Positions 25,245 to 32,000 of a stretch of 32,000 bases of DNA are shown here, one piece after another; positions within the stretch are counted from its first letter, which is position 1; every line of letters begins with the position of its first letter. The stretch covers positions 2,826,583-2,858,582 of the forward strand of contig CBDCQW010000003.1 in the NCBI GenBank assembly GCA_965220785.1. The letters are read 5' to 3'. Source of the DNA: Dehalococcoidia bacterium (GTDB lineage: Bacteria > Chloroflexota > Dehalococcoidia > Lucifugimonadales > CAZENU01). The notes below the pieces were generated by a model. That model was given only the letters and a program-made list of their open reading frames with translations. It ran no database searches and was not told the DNA's origin. A program made the translations under genes and the position numbers.

Positions 25245-26407
25245 GATGCCTCCTCGTTCGTCTCCATCGGCGGTTTTTCCGACTGGTCGGCCTCAAAGGA
25301 CTCGCCGTCTTCGGGGCTGATCGGGTCCTGCGGCTGGGGCGGCTCGCTCCACTCCGCGTGGAAGTAGTTGAAGATATCCCGTCCGACCGCCGTAACCGGC
25401 ACCGCGAGGAAGACTCCCCACAGCCCGGCGGCCTCGCTGCCGACCATCAGCGCGACCATTATGATAGCCGGGTTCACGCCAACCGCATGGCCCTGGATTC
25501 TCGGAACGAGCACGACGTTCTCCACGGCCTGGACTCCGGCGTAGAGCAGGACGACCCACAGCACCTTCTCGGGCGCCGTTGCCAGGGTCACGAAGACGCC
25601 GGGAATCGCGCCGAGAAGCGGCCCGATGATCGGTATCAGCTCCGTCACGCCCGCCACGATCCCGAGCAGCATGGAGAACTTGATGCCGAGCAGGAAGAGT
25701 CCGAGAGACACGACTACGCCCACGATCACGCCCAGGGTGAGCTGCGCCCGGATGTACGCGCCGACGACTCTATTGACGATCGCCACTACGTTGACGGCGT
25801 GGCGGCGCGCCTCCGGGGGCATCAGGGAGTAGATGCCCGACACCGCGGTCTCCCGGTCCTTGAGCAGGTAGAAGAGCAAGAACGGGACGACCGCCACGCC
25901 GATCACCATCGAGACGACGTTCGTGACCGCGCCAAGTGTGCGCAGCACCACGGTGCGGGCCGCCGAGATCAGGATCGAGCCGCTGCTCGCGGCGTACTCC
26001 TCGATCTGCATCCTGACGTCTTCGGGGACCCGTTCAACATACTCGGCGTTCCAGTCCTCGATCGCCGCGCGGGCGCGACCGTAATAGTCGGGGACCTCGT
26101 CGATAAAGTCGGCGGCCTGGCCCAACGTCGGTGGAACGACCAGTGCCAAAATGCCCGCGAGGACGGCCAGCCCGAGCAGGAATATCAGCCAGATGGCCAC
26201 AATGCGGCTGAGGTCGGGCCAGCGGCGCCGCCCGGGCATACGCGATTCGACCGCGCTCACGATCGGGTAGAGGATGTAGGCGAGGATGCCGGTTAGGATG
26301 AACGGGAACAGCGCGCCCCTGGCGAGCACCAGAAGGGCGGCGACGATCGCGACGCCCACGGCGACCAGCACGAGCCGATTGCGTCTGGCCTGCGTGCTCA
26401 TGGTCAT
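25241..26407 (-). CDS. AI-2E family transporter (PerM/UPF0118)
   Basis: Multi-TM protein with the characteristic ELIPIIGPLLGAIP motif and an acidic C-terminal tail. Confidence 0.85.
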   Translation of the reverse strand: MTMSTQARRNRLVLVAVGVAIVAALLVLARGALFPFILTGILAYILYPIVSAVESRMPGRRRWPDLSRIVAIWLIFLLGLAVLAGILALVVPPTLGQAADFIDEVPDYYGRARAAIEDWNAEYVERVPEDVRMQIEEYAASSGSILISAARTVVLRTLGAVTNVVSMVIGVAVVPFLLFYLLKDRETAVSGIYSLMPPEARRHAVNVVAIVNRVVGAYIRAQLTLGVIVGVVVSLGLFLLGIKFSMLLGIVAGVTELIPIIGPLLGAIPGVFVTLATAPEKVLWVVLLYAGVQAVENVVLVPRIQGHAVGVNPAIIMVALMVGSEAAGLWGVFLAVPVTAVGRDIFNYFHAEWSEPPQPQDPISPEDGESFEADQSEKPPMETNEEAS

Positions 26408-26657
26408 CGGTCACGAGCCTCCAGAGGCGCTGTCTACGAAGGCAGTCTAAGCGTCCGGCGCGACGGTCGCATTCTACCCTGTCCATCCGCCGGACGGTAG
26501 CCGCGGGGCAAGCTCGCGACACCGGACATCCCCGCTTGTCGGAGCGCATTCTCCCCGGCGCAGCGTCTTCGGAATCGAATGTCCCGGCTGTGATAGACTG
26601 TGTCGGACTTTCGCCCCGCCCAGAGGGGCGGCCGAGGGGGCTCCGGGGAGCGGAATC

Positions 26658-27266
26658 GTGGGCTGGCTCGATATCGTCCTGTTGGCCATAGTCGTGGTGG
26701 CCGGTCTCGGCGCAATGCGTCTTGGCCTGATCAGGGCCGCATTCGTCGTCGTCGGTGTCCTGGTAGGCTGGCTCATCGCCGGACAGTTCAGCGACGACAT
26801 CGGCGCGGCGCTCGGCGGCTCGACGTCCAACGACACGCTAATCACCACGGTCAGCTACGCGGCGATCATGGCGGCGTCGGCTCTCGTGGCGGCATACGCG
26901 ATAAAGATCGTCCGGCCGATGCTGTCGGTGCTGACCATGGGGCTCTCCGGCCTCGTGGACAGGCTCGGAGGGCTGGCCCTGGGGCTGCTGCTCGGGATAG
27001 CCGTCGCGGCCGCGATCGTGATCGCGGGCGCTCGGCTTACTTACGACTTCGACGCCGGCGGCCTGGCGGACAGGGTCCCCGGCCAGGCCGCCAACCGTCT
27101 GCCCGAGGTCGAGGGCGTCCGGGACGGTCTGGAAGAGTCGCTGGCCGCGTCCAGGCTGGCGGGCATCGTCGTCGACGTTGCCGACGCGCTGCCTGCCGGG
27201 GCCCTTGGGTTGGCTCCGTCCGACTTCGAAGTGGCGCTCGATCTCCTCAGGGAGGAGATCGAGTAG
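26658..27266 (+). CDS. CvpA family membrane protein
   Basis: WLDIVLLAIVVVAGLGAMRLGLIR N-terminus and a 4-TM layout typical of colicin V production protein CvpA. GTG start preceded by GGGGAG. Confidence 0.7.
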   Translation: MGWLDIVLLAIVVVAGLGAMRLGLIRAAFVVVGVLVGWLIAGQFSDDIGAALGGSTSNDTLITTVSYAAIMAASALVAAYAIKIVRPMLSVLTMGLSGLVDRLGGLALGLLLGIAVAAAIVIAGARLTYDFDAGGLADRVPGQAANRLPEVEGVRDGLEESLAASRLAGIVVDVADALPAGALGLAPSDFEVALDLLREEIE

Positions 27267-27281
27267 CGTGCGAGCCCAACG

Positions 27282-27788
27282 ATGATAGACTCCCCGGTAC
27301 TCGTCCTGAACCAGAACTACCAGCCGCTGAACGTCTGCAACGCGAAGCGCGCCCTGGTGCTGCTCGGCCTCGGCAAGGCCGAGCTGATGGCCAACGGCCG
27401 CGGCGAGATACACACCGTCTCGCGGTCCTTCCTGGTGCCGTCCGTCATTCGGCTCTTCCACATGGTCAGCCGCCCGCTGATGCACCGCCGTCTCTCGCGC
27501 AGGTCGATCTTTCACCGCGACGGGTACAAGTGCCAGTATTGCGGCCTCGCGACGCGCACCCTGACGCTGGACCACATCATCCCGCGGTCGAGGGGCGGGG
27601 CCCACTCGTGGGAGAACGTGGTCAGCGCATGCATACCCTGCAACCATCGCAAGGCCGGCCTGCTGCCGTCGGATGCGAAGATGAAGCTCGCACGGAAGCC
27701 CGGAGTCCCGCGCCCCGACCCGTACGCCCTTTTCCACCACAGGACGATCCTGGACGAGTGGCGTCAGTTCATACCCTGGGTCGGCTAG
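27282..27788 (+). CDS. HNH endonuclease
   Basis: CQYCG...LDHIIPRSRGG..SWENVVSACIPCNHRK is a canonical HNH/McrA-type motif with two CxxC pairs. Confidence 0.85.
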   Translation: MIDSPVLVLNQNYQPLNVCNAKRALVLLGLGKAELMANGRGEIHTVSRSFLVPSVIRLFHMVSRPLMHRRLSRRSIFHRDGYKCQYCGLATRTLTLDHIIPRSRGGAHSWENVVSACIPCNHRKAGLLPSDAKMKLARKPGVPRPDPYALFHHRTILDEWRQFIPWVG

Positions 27789-27792
27789 CCGT

Positions 27793-28029
27793 TCAACGGT
27801 CCGGCCGGTCGTCCACGACGACGAGAGGCTCCGGGGCGCCCCTGAGGTCCGAGTAGAGCACCTGAGACGGCGCGATCGCCACCTCCGCCTCGTGCAGCCC
27901 CTCGGCCGTGTCTACGACGATCCGTTCTCCGACCTCCAGGTCGCGTTCGCCCGCGTCGAAGTACCGGATACGGCCCAGTGGGGCGAACCTGAGCCCGACC
28001 AGACGTGCGTTGCTGTCTCGGTAGTTCAT
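27793..28029 (-). pseudogene. RicT/YaaT (PSP1-family) N-terminal fragment, 78 aa
   Basis: LVGLRFAPLGRIRYFDAGE..LEVGERIVVDTAEGLHEAEV is collinear with the B. subtilis YaaT N-terminus (VIGVRFKKAGKIYYFDP...VIVETVRGVEYGQV). It lies immediately downstream of holB, as in Firmicutes. The PSP1 domain is absent. Confidence 0.55.
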
Positions 28030-28062
28030 GGCGGTGATCTCGTCTACGGGCGGCGCTGAGGG

Positions 28063-29070
28063 TCAGCGGCGCGGCAGCGCCAGCATCATCGATTCCAGGG
28101 CGAGCCGGGCGTTCACGTTGCGCTCGATCAGGTCGGCGGTATCGCGTACGGCGCCGAGCGCCCGCGACAGGTCGATGGGGCTCATCCCGTCGGCTACGCC
28201 CGCGGCAGTCTCCAGCCTGGAACGGTGGGTGGCGAACTGGGGCACTCCGTGCTTCACCAGGAACACGTCGCGCAGCCACGCCTGCCACGCGGCGAGGGCC
28301 CGGCGGCCGGACTCCCTGTCCCGTGTGAAGGCGGCCGCCGTCTTCTGAGCGTACGCGAACCGTTCCTCCAGGCTCGCGTCCAGGACTGACTGGATCGTGT
28401 CCAGCTCTTCCATGAGATCGCCGATGCTCTCCTCTCCTCCGGCCACCAGGAACGCCCAGCCGGGCCGGCCCTGGGACAGCCTCGCGGTCTCGTCGGCCGT
28501 GTCGTCGTCGACGTTGAAGCGGACCTTCAGCTCCCGCGCGATGAGCGCCGACGCCACGCGCCGGAGCTCCAGGCGCCGGCAGCGGGAGACCACGGTCGGC
28601 GGCAACGCCTCCGAGTCGGGCGCCAGCAGGACGATGACCACCTGGTCCGGCGGCTCCTCCAGCGTCTTGAGCAGGCTGTTGGCGGCCTCGGCCGTCACCT
28701 TCTCGGCGCCATCGAAGATGAAAACACGGTAGCGGCCCTCGTAGGGCTTGAGGCTGGCCTCCCGCTGCACGTCGCGCACCTGGTCGATGCCGATCGCGGT
28801 GCGGCTGCCGCCGGTCCGGTTCGGCCCCGATCCCACGTCGACCACGCGAACGTCGGCGTGGAGCCCGCGGGATATGCGGCCGCACGGGGCGCAGTCGCCG
28901 CAGGGCCGGCCGTCGCCCAAGCAGTTGAGCGCGCGGGCGAGGTCCATGGCCAGCGACATCTTGCCGACCTGGGCCGGGCCGGTGAACAGGTACGCGTGCG
29001 AGAGCCGCCCCTGCTCCAGGGACCGCGACAGGTGTTTGACGGCCTTCTCGTGGCCGACGGTGCGCCACAT
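28063..29070 (-). CDS. holB: DNA polymerase III subunit delta prime
   Basis: SHAYLFTGPAQVGKMSLA, the zinc module C..C..C, and FIFDGAEKV (the DExx box equivalent). Confidence 0.9.
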   Translation of the reverse strand: MWRTVGHEKAVKHLSRSLEQGRLSHAYLFTGPAQVGKMSLAMDLARALNCLGDGRPCGDCAPCGRISRGLHADVRVVDVGSGPNRTGGSRTAIGIDQVRDVQREASLKPYEGRYRVFIFDGAEKVTAEAANSLLKTLEEPPDQVVIVLLAPDSEALPPTVVSRCRRLELRRVASALIARELKVRFNVDDDTADETARLSQGRPGWAFLVAGGEESIGDLMEELDTIQSVLDASLEERFAYAQKTAAAFTRDRESGRRALAAWQAWLRDVFLVKHGVPQFATHRSRLETAAGVADGMSPIDLSRALGAVRDTADLIERNVNARLALESMMLALPRR

Positions 29071-29077
29071 CGTGCGG

Positions 29078-30391
29078 CTAGTCGACCACGTCGCAGAGCA
29101 TCATGTCCTGGTACGTCTCGCGGCGGCGGATCAGCCGAGCCTCGCCGTTGGCGACCATGACGACGGCTGGTCTGGGGTTCAGGTTGTAGTTGCTCGCCAT
29201 CGACGGGGCGTAGGCGCCCGAGGCCGGTATCGCTACCAGGTCGCCTCGCTCCAGCACCGGCATCTCGATGTCGCGGATCAGCACGTCGCCCGACTCGCAG
29301 AACTTGCCGGCCAGCGTGACCGTCTCCGCGGCCGGGTCGGACATGCGGTTGGCGACGACCGCCTCGTACGCCGCGTCGTAGAGAGCCGGGCGGATGTTGT
29401 CGCCCATGCCGCCGTCGACCGACACGTACTTGCGGACGCCGGGGATATGCTTAACGCTGCCGACGGAGTAGAGCGCGACGCCGGCGCGTCCCACGATCGC
29501 GCGCCCCGGCTCTACCACCAGCTTCGGCGAGCCCAGGCCCAGGTCGCCGCACCGACGCTCGACCGCCGAGGCGATGACCTCGGCGTACGCGCCGATCGGC
29601 GGCGGCGGGCTGCTCCGGAGATAGCCGATGGCAAACCCGCCTCCCGGGCTGAACTCTCGCATCGTGAAGCCGTCGAGGTCGAGAGAGGCGACGAACGTCA
29701 GCACCGCGTCGATCCCGATCGCGTACGGCTCCAGCTCGAATATCGGAGAGCCCAGGTGCATGTGCACGCCGACCAGGTCCAGGCCGTCGGCCTCCAGGGC
29801 GAGGCGCATCGCCTCCCCGGCGTCCCCGGTCTCGATGGCGAAGCCGAACTTGCTGTCCAGCGTGCCGGTCGTCGTGTGGACGTGAGTGTGGGGATCGACG
29901 CCGGGAGAGAGCCGAAGCATGACGTCCTGCACTACGCCGCGGGAGCGGGCGATGCCGTCGAGCAGCTCCAGCTCGCCGAAGTTGTCGACGACTATCCGGC
30001 CGACGCCGTAGTCGAGGGCCATCTCCAGCTCTTCCGGCCCCTTGTTGTTGCCGTGGAAGTAGATGTCCGCGGGTGGTATCTCCGCCGCCTGGGCGACCGC
30101 CAGCTCGCCGCCCGACACCACGTCGAGCCCCAGCCCCTCCTCGCTCACCATTCGCGCCAGCGCCGGGTTGATGAACGCCTTGGAGGCGTAGAGGACCTGG
30201 CTGTCGGCGTACCGGCTGCCGAACTCTCCGACGAACTCCCGGCAGACCTGCCGCAGGGTCGCCTCGTCGAACACGTACAGAGGCGTCCCGAACTCGGCCG
30301 CGAGGTCGTCCGCGGCGCAGCCTCCCAGCGTCAGCCGGTCATCGGAGACGCCGGTCGTTATCGGAAACAGGGCGGAATTCGCGAATGGCAT
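29078..30391 (-). CDS. lysA: Diaminopimelate decarboxylase
   Basis: GTPLYVFDE, YASKA (PLP lysine), HGNNK, and C-terminal CESGD, in a full-length fold-III PLP decarboxylase pattern. Confidence 0.95.
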   Translation of the reverse strand: MPFANSALFPITTGVSDDRLTLGGCAADDLAAEFGTPLYVFDEATLRQVCREFVGEFGSRYADSQVLYASKAFINPALARMVSEEGLGLDVVSGGELAVAQAAEIPPADIYFHGNNKGPEELEMALDYGVGRIVVDNFGELELLDGIARSRGVVQDVMLRLSPGVDPHTHVHTTTGTLDSKFGFAIETGDAGEAMRLALEADGLDLVGVHMHLGSPIFELEPYAIGIDAVLTFVASLDLDGFTMREFSPGGGFAIGYLRSSPPPPIGAYAEVIASAVERRCGDLGLGSPKLVVEPGRAIVGRAGVALYSVGSVKHIPGVRKYVSVDGGMGDNIRPALYDAAYEAVVANRMSDPAAETVTLAGKFCESGDVLIRDIEMPVLERGDLVAIPASGAYAPSMASNYNLNPRPAVVMVANGEARLIRRRETYQDMMLCDVVD

Positions 30392-30476
30392 GAGCAGGCC
30401 TCGACGTGCTGCCGGACGGGCTTGCGCGGCGGGTAGGAGAACGGCCGACCACCGCCGTCACGGGCGAAGTCCGGGT

Positions 30477-30485
30477 ATTCTAGCA
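30477..30485 (-). promoter_or_regulatory. Extended -10 promoter candidate for lysA
   Basis: On the minus strand, TGCTAGAAT lies about 85 nt upstream of the lysA ATG. No good -35 element. Confidence 0.4.
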
Positions 30486-30556
30486 CGCGGCGAGCGCGCG
30501 GCCTTCGCGGCCGTGGAGCGGCCGACGCTCCTTCCGCGGCTCGGATGGGAGGGGAG

Positions 30557-30589
30557 TCACCGCACGTGGATGTCGAGCAGAAGGCGCAA
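30557..30589 (-). pseudogene. Remnant of a PIN/VapC toxin gene (10 codons then stop)
   Basis: Three nt after the antitoxin stop, TTG CGC CTT CTG CTC GAC ATC CAC GTG CGG TGA encodes (M)RLLLDIHVR*. This matches the canonical VapC N-terminus (LLLDTHV, with the first catalytic Asp). No continuation in any frame. Confidence 0.35.
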
Positions 30590-30592
30590 CGG

Positions 30593-30829
30593 CTACTTCC
30601 TTCCCTCCCACAAGGCCAGCTCTTCCTCCGGCAGCGGGTCGAAGAAGCTGTCGTCGAGCTCGATCTTTCCCTTCATGGAGCCGAATTGGCGCTTGCCCGG
30701 CTTTTGAAACTGCACTAGCCGCGCCACCGGCTTGCCGCCGCGGGCGATAACCACATCCTCGCCCGCCTCTACCCGCGCCAGCAGGCGCGACAGGTGCGTT
30801 TTCGCCTCGTGCACGTTCACTGTTACCAT
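30593..30829 (-). CDS. Phd/YefM-family type II antitoxin
   Basis: VTVNVHEAKTHLSRLLARVEAGEDVVIARGGKPVARL and C-terminal DDSFFDPLPEEELALWEG are typical of VapB/Phd antitoxins paired with PIN toxins. Confidence 0.85.
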   Translation of the reverse strand: MVTVNVHEAKTHLSRLLARVEAGEDVVIARGGKPVARLVQFQKPGKRQFGSMKGKIELDDSFFDPLPEEELALWEGRK

Positions 30830-30850
30830 CGCCGTCTCCTCAAGTGTGAC

Positions 30851-31140
30851 TTAACTGTTCAGAGGTGATGAGGCGAACGGCCAGGCGAGTGCGTCGAGAC
30901 CGCCGGCCGTCTTTTTCGCTGAAAACTGTGCCATTCTGTGCCGTTCGTATCTGGCGGGTGGCACACCTGGCCGGTAGATGACACACCCTGTTCCGGATTC
31001 GCCCTATCTGTGTCGGCACACCGCGACGCGGAATGACGCACCGTGATCCGAGCCGGGCCTGCCGAAAAAAGGGGATGGGGTATGAGCGTGCGAACCGTTT
31101 CCACGGAGGGAGAATAGCACGTATGTACTTGCCTTGCAAC
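30851..31140. repeat. Copy 2 of the ~290-nt non-coding element, starting with terminus TTAACTGTTCAGA
   Basis: Collinear with 9432-9720. It begins 22 nt upstream of the antitoxin ATG. Together with the inverted terminus at 31338-31350 it forms a ~500-bp composite. Confidence 0.8.
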
Positions 31141-31154
31141 TCACTGTGATCGGG

Positions 31155-31311
31155 GTGACTGTTCAGACTCGAGGAGATGGACTCAGCGGGGGACTTTCAT
31201 CGACGATGAAAATGAGGCTGCACCGGGAGGGCGGGTTTCAAACGGGTTTCAAACCCGCCCCTACGTCAGGTCGGGCCAAGGGTTATTCTCAGAGAAACTC
31301 TGAACAGTTAC
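31155..31311. mobile_element. 157-bp MITE-like insertion with 13-bp terminal inverted repeats and 8-bp target-site duplication
   Basis: GTGACTGTTCAGA (31155-31167) is inverted with TCTGAACAGTTAC (31299-31311), 12/13 matching. It is flanked by the perfect direct repeat TGATCGGG (31147-31154 and 31312-31319). Internal palindromes: TTTCATCGACGATGAAA, and GGGCGGGTTT...AAACCCGCCC. Confidence 0.65.
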
Positions 31312-31337
31312 TGATCGGGATGTCTCGGCCCTTAAGT

Positions 31338-31350
31338 CTGAACAGTTGGG
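31338..31350 (-). repeat. Solo inverted terminus CCAACTGTTCAGA (probable right end of the 30851 element)
   Basis: TCTGAACAGTTGG on the plus strand, followed by the hairpin GGGCCGTC-N8-GACGGCCC (31348-31371). Confidence 0.5.
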
Positions 31351-31431
31351 GCCGTCTCATCGTTGACGGCCCGGCGCGGCGCGGACTACACTCCCTTCGC
31401 TTTGACTTACTCCCTGCCCGCTTGGAGATCT

Positions 31432-32000
31432 ATGGCGATGCGACACGATACGCCGGCGCGCCGGCCGGCCGCCGATGGAGCCCCACGACGGCTGGCCGCC
31501 CTGATGGGCGCTGCGCTACTCGTCGCGGCCGCCGCCGCGGCGACCGGGTGCTCCGAGCCGCTGCCGACCAGCCTGCTGGCCGCCAGCCCGACCGCCACGG
31601 CCATCGCGGGAGCACCGGAGACCGCCGAGACGGCCGTCCCGGAGACCGACGCTCAGCCGGCGCCCGAGGCGCCCCCCACCCCAACGGCCGTCCCGGTCGA
31701 GATCGGGTCCAAGCGCCAGCTCTTCGTCGACGACTGGCTCGTGGCCGTCGCGACCAGCACCTCGCTGGTGCTGCACCCACCACGCGCGGCCGAGGTCGTG
31801 TTGCGGCTCGAAGAGCCCTGGGAAGACACGACCGCCGCCTACTTCACCGTGTTCAAGGACGGCGACCTGTACCGAATGTACTACAGGTGCCACAACGACG
31901 CGAACGAGACGACCTGCTACGCGGAGAGCGTCGACGGCGTACACTGGGAGAAGCCGTCGCTCGGCCTGTTCCCGTTCGAGGGCTCCACGGAGAACAACAT
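31432..32000 (+). CDS. Putative lipoprotein, 3'-truncated by the window end (possible beta-propeller glycosidase-like domain)
   Basis: Open frame from ATG 31432 to the window end; it is absent from the track because no stop is reached. Signal peptide with lipobox LLVAAAAAATGC, a Pro/Ala/Thr linker, then KRQLFVDDWLV...PWE...YFTVFKDGDLYRMYY. GGAGA lies upstream of the ATG. Confidence 0.65.
   Translation, partial: MAMRHDTPARRPAADGAPRRLAALMGAALLVAAAAAATGCSEPLPTSLLAASPTATAIAGAPETAETAVPETDAQPAPEAPPTPTAVPVEIGSKRQLFVDDWLVAVATSTSLVLHPPRAAEVVLRLEEPWEDTTAAYFTVFKDGDLYRMYYRCHNDANETTCYAESVDGVHWEKPSLGLFPFEGSTENN

Noticed and set aside
1-32000. Scan of the window for tRNA, tmRNA, RNase P and rRNA genes.
   Set aside because: No T-loop-type GGTTCGAATCC-like motifs with an acceptor context and no conserved RNase P or tmRNA blocks were seen by eye. 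A covariance-model scan (tRNAscan-SE or Infernal) would be needed to be definitive.

Overview
GC-rich bacterial chromosomal segment with about 30 supportable CDS. Most long antisense ORFs in the six-frame track are high-GC artefacts. Housekeeping genes: radC, ruvB, plsY, a greA-like gene, holB and lysA. These are interspersed with a catabolic-looking set: two paralogous luciferase-like (LLM) flavin oxidoreductases, three Gfo/Idh/MocA dehydrogenases, a Cys-type sulfatase, cupins, an enolase-superfamily enzyme and a YdiJ-like FAD/Fe-S oxidoreductase. This content is reminiscent of Chloroflexota such as SAR202, but that is inference only. I found no tRNA, rRNA, CRISPR array or intact IS. The most unusual signal is non-coding: a family of elements sharing a 13-bp terminus, GTRACTGTTCAGA, seen 7 times. 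It includes one 157-bp MITE-like insertion with a perfect 8-bp target-site duplication, nested inside a larger element. It also includes two diverged copies of a ~290-nt non-coding element (9432-9720 and 30851-31140). The internal repeated heptamers and palindrome arms of these two copies change in concert. Next to copy 1, the 900-bp intergenic region contains recombination-site-like modules: palindromic arms around an asymmetric CCAGATACGAA core. It also contains a perfect 13-bp inverted repeat bracketing 328 bp, and a dense GGAACA/TGTTCC array. Unusual coding features: a large-serine-recombinase homologue with every catalytic residue substituted; a GreA with an N-terminal integrase-SAM-like domain; two orphan antitoxins, one followed by a 10-codon VapC remnant; a RicT/PSP1 gene truncated to 78 aa beside holB; and a Thr-rich tandem-repeat insertion in a cation/proton antiporter. 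All similarity calls come from reading the translated ORFs and recalling family motifs. No database search was run.
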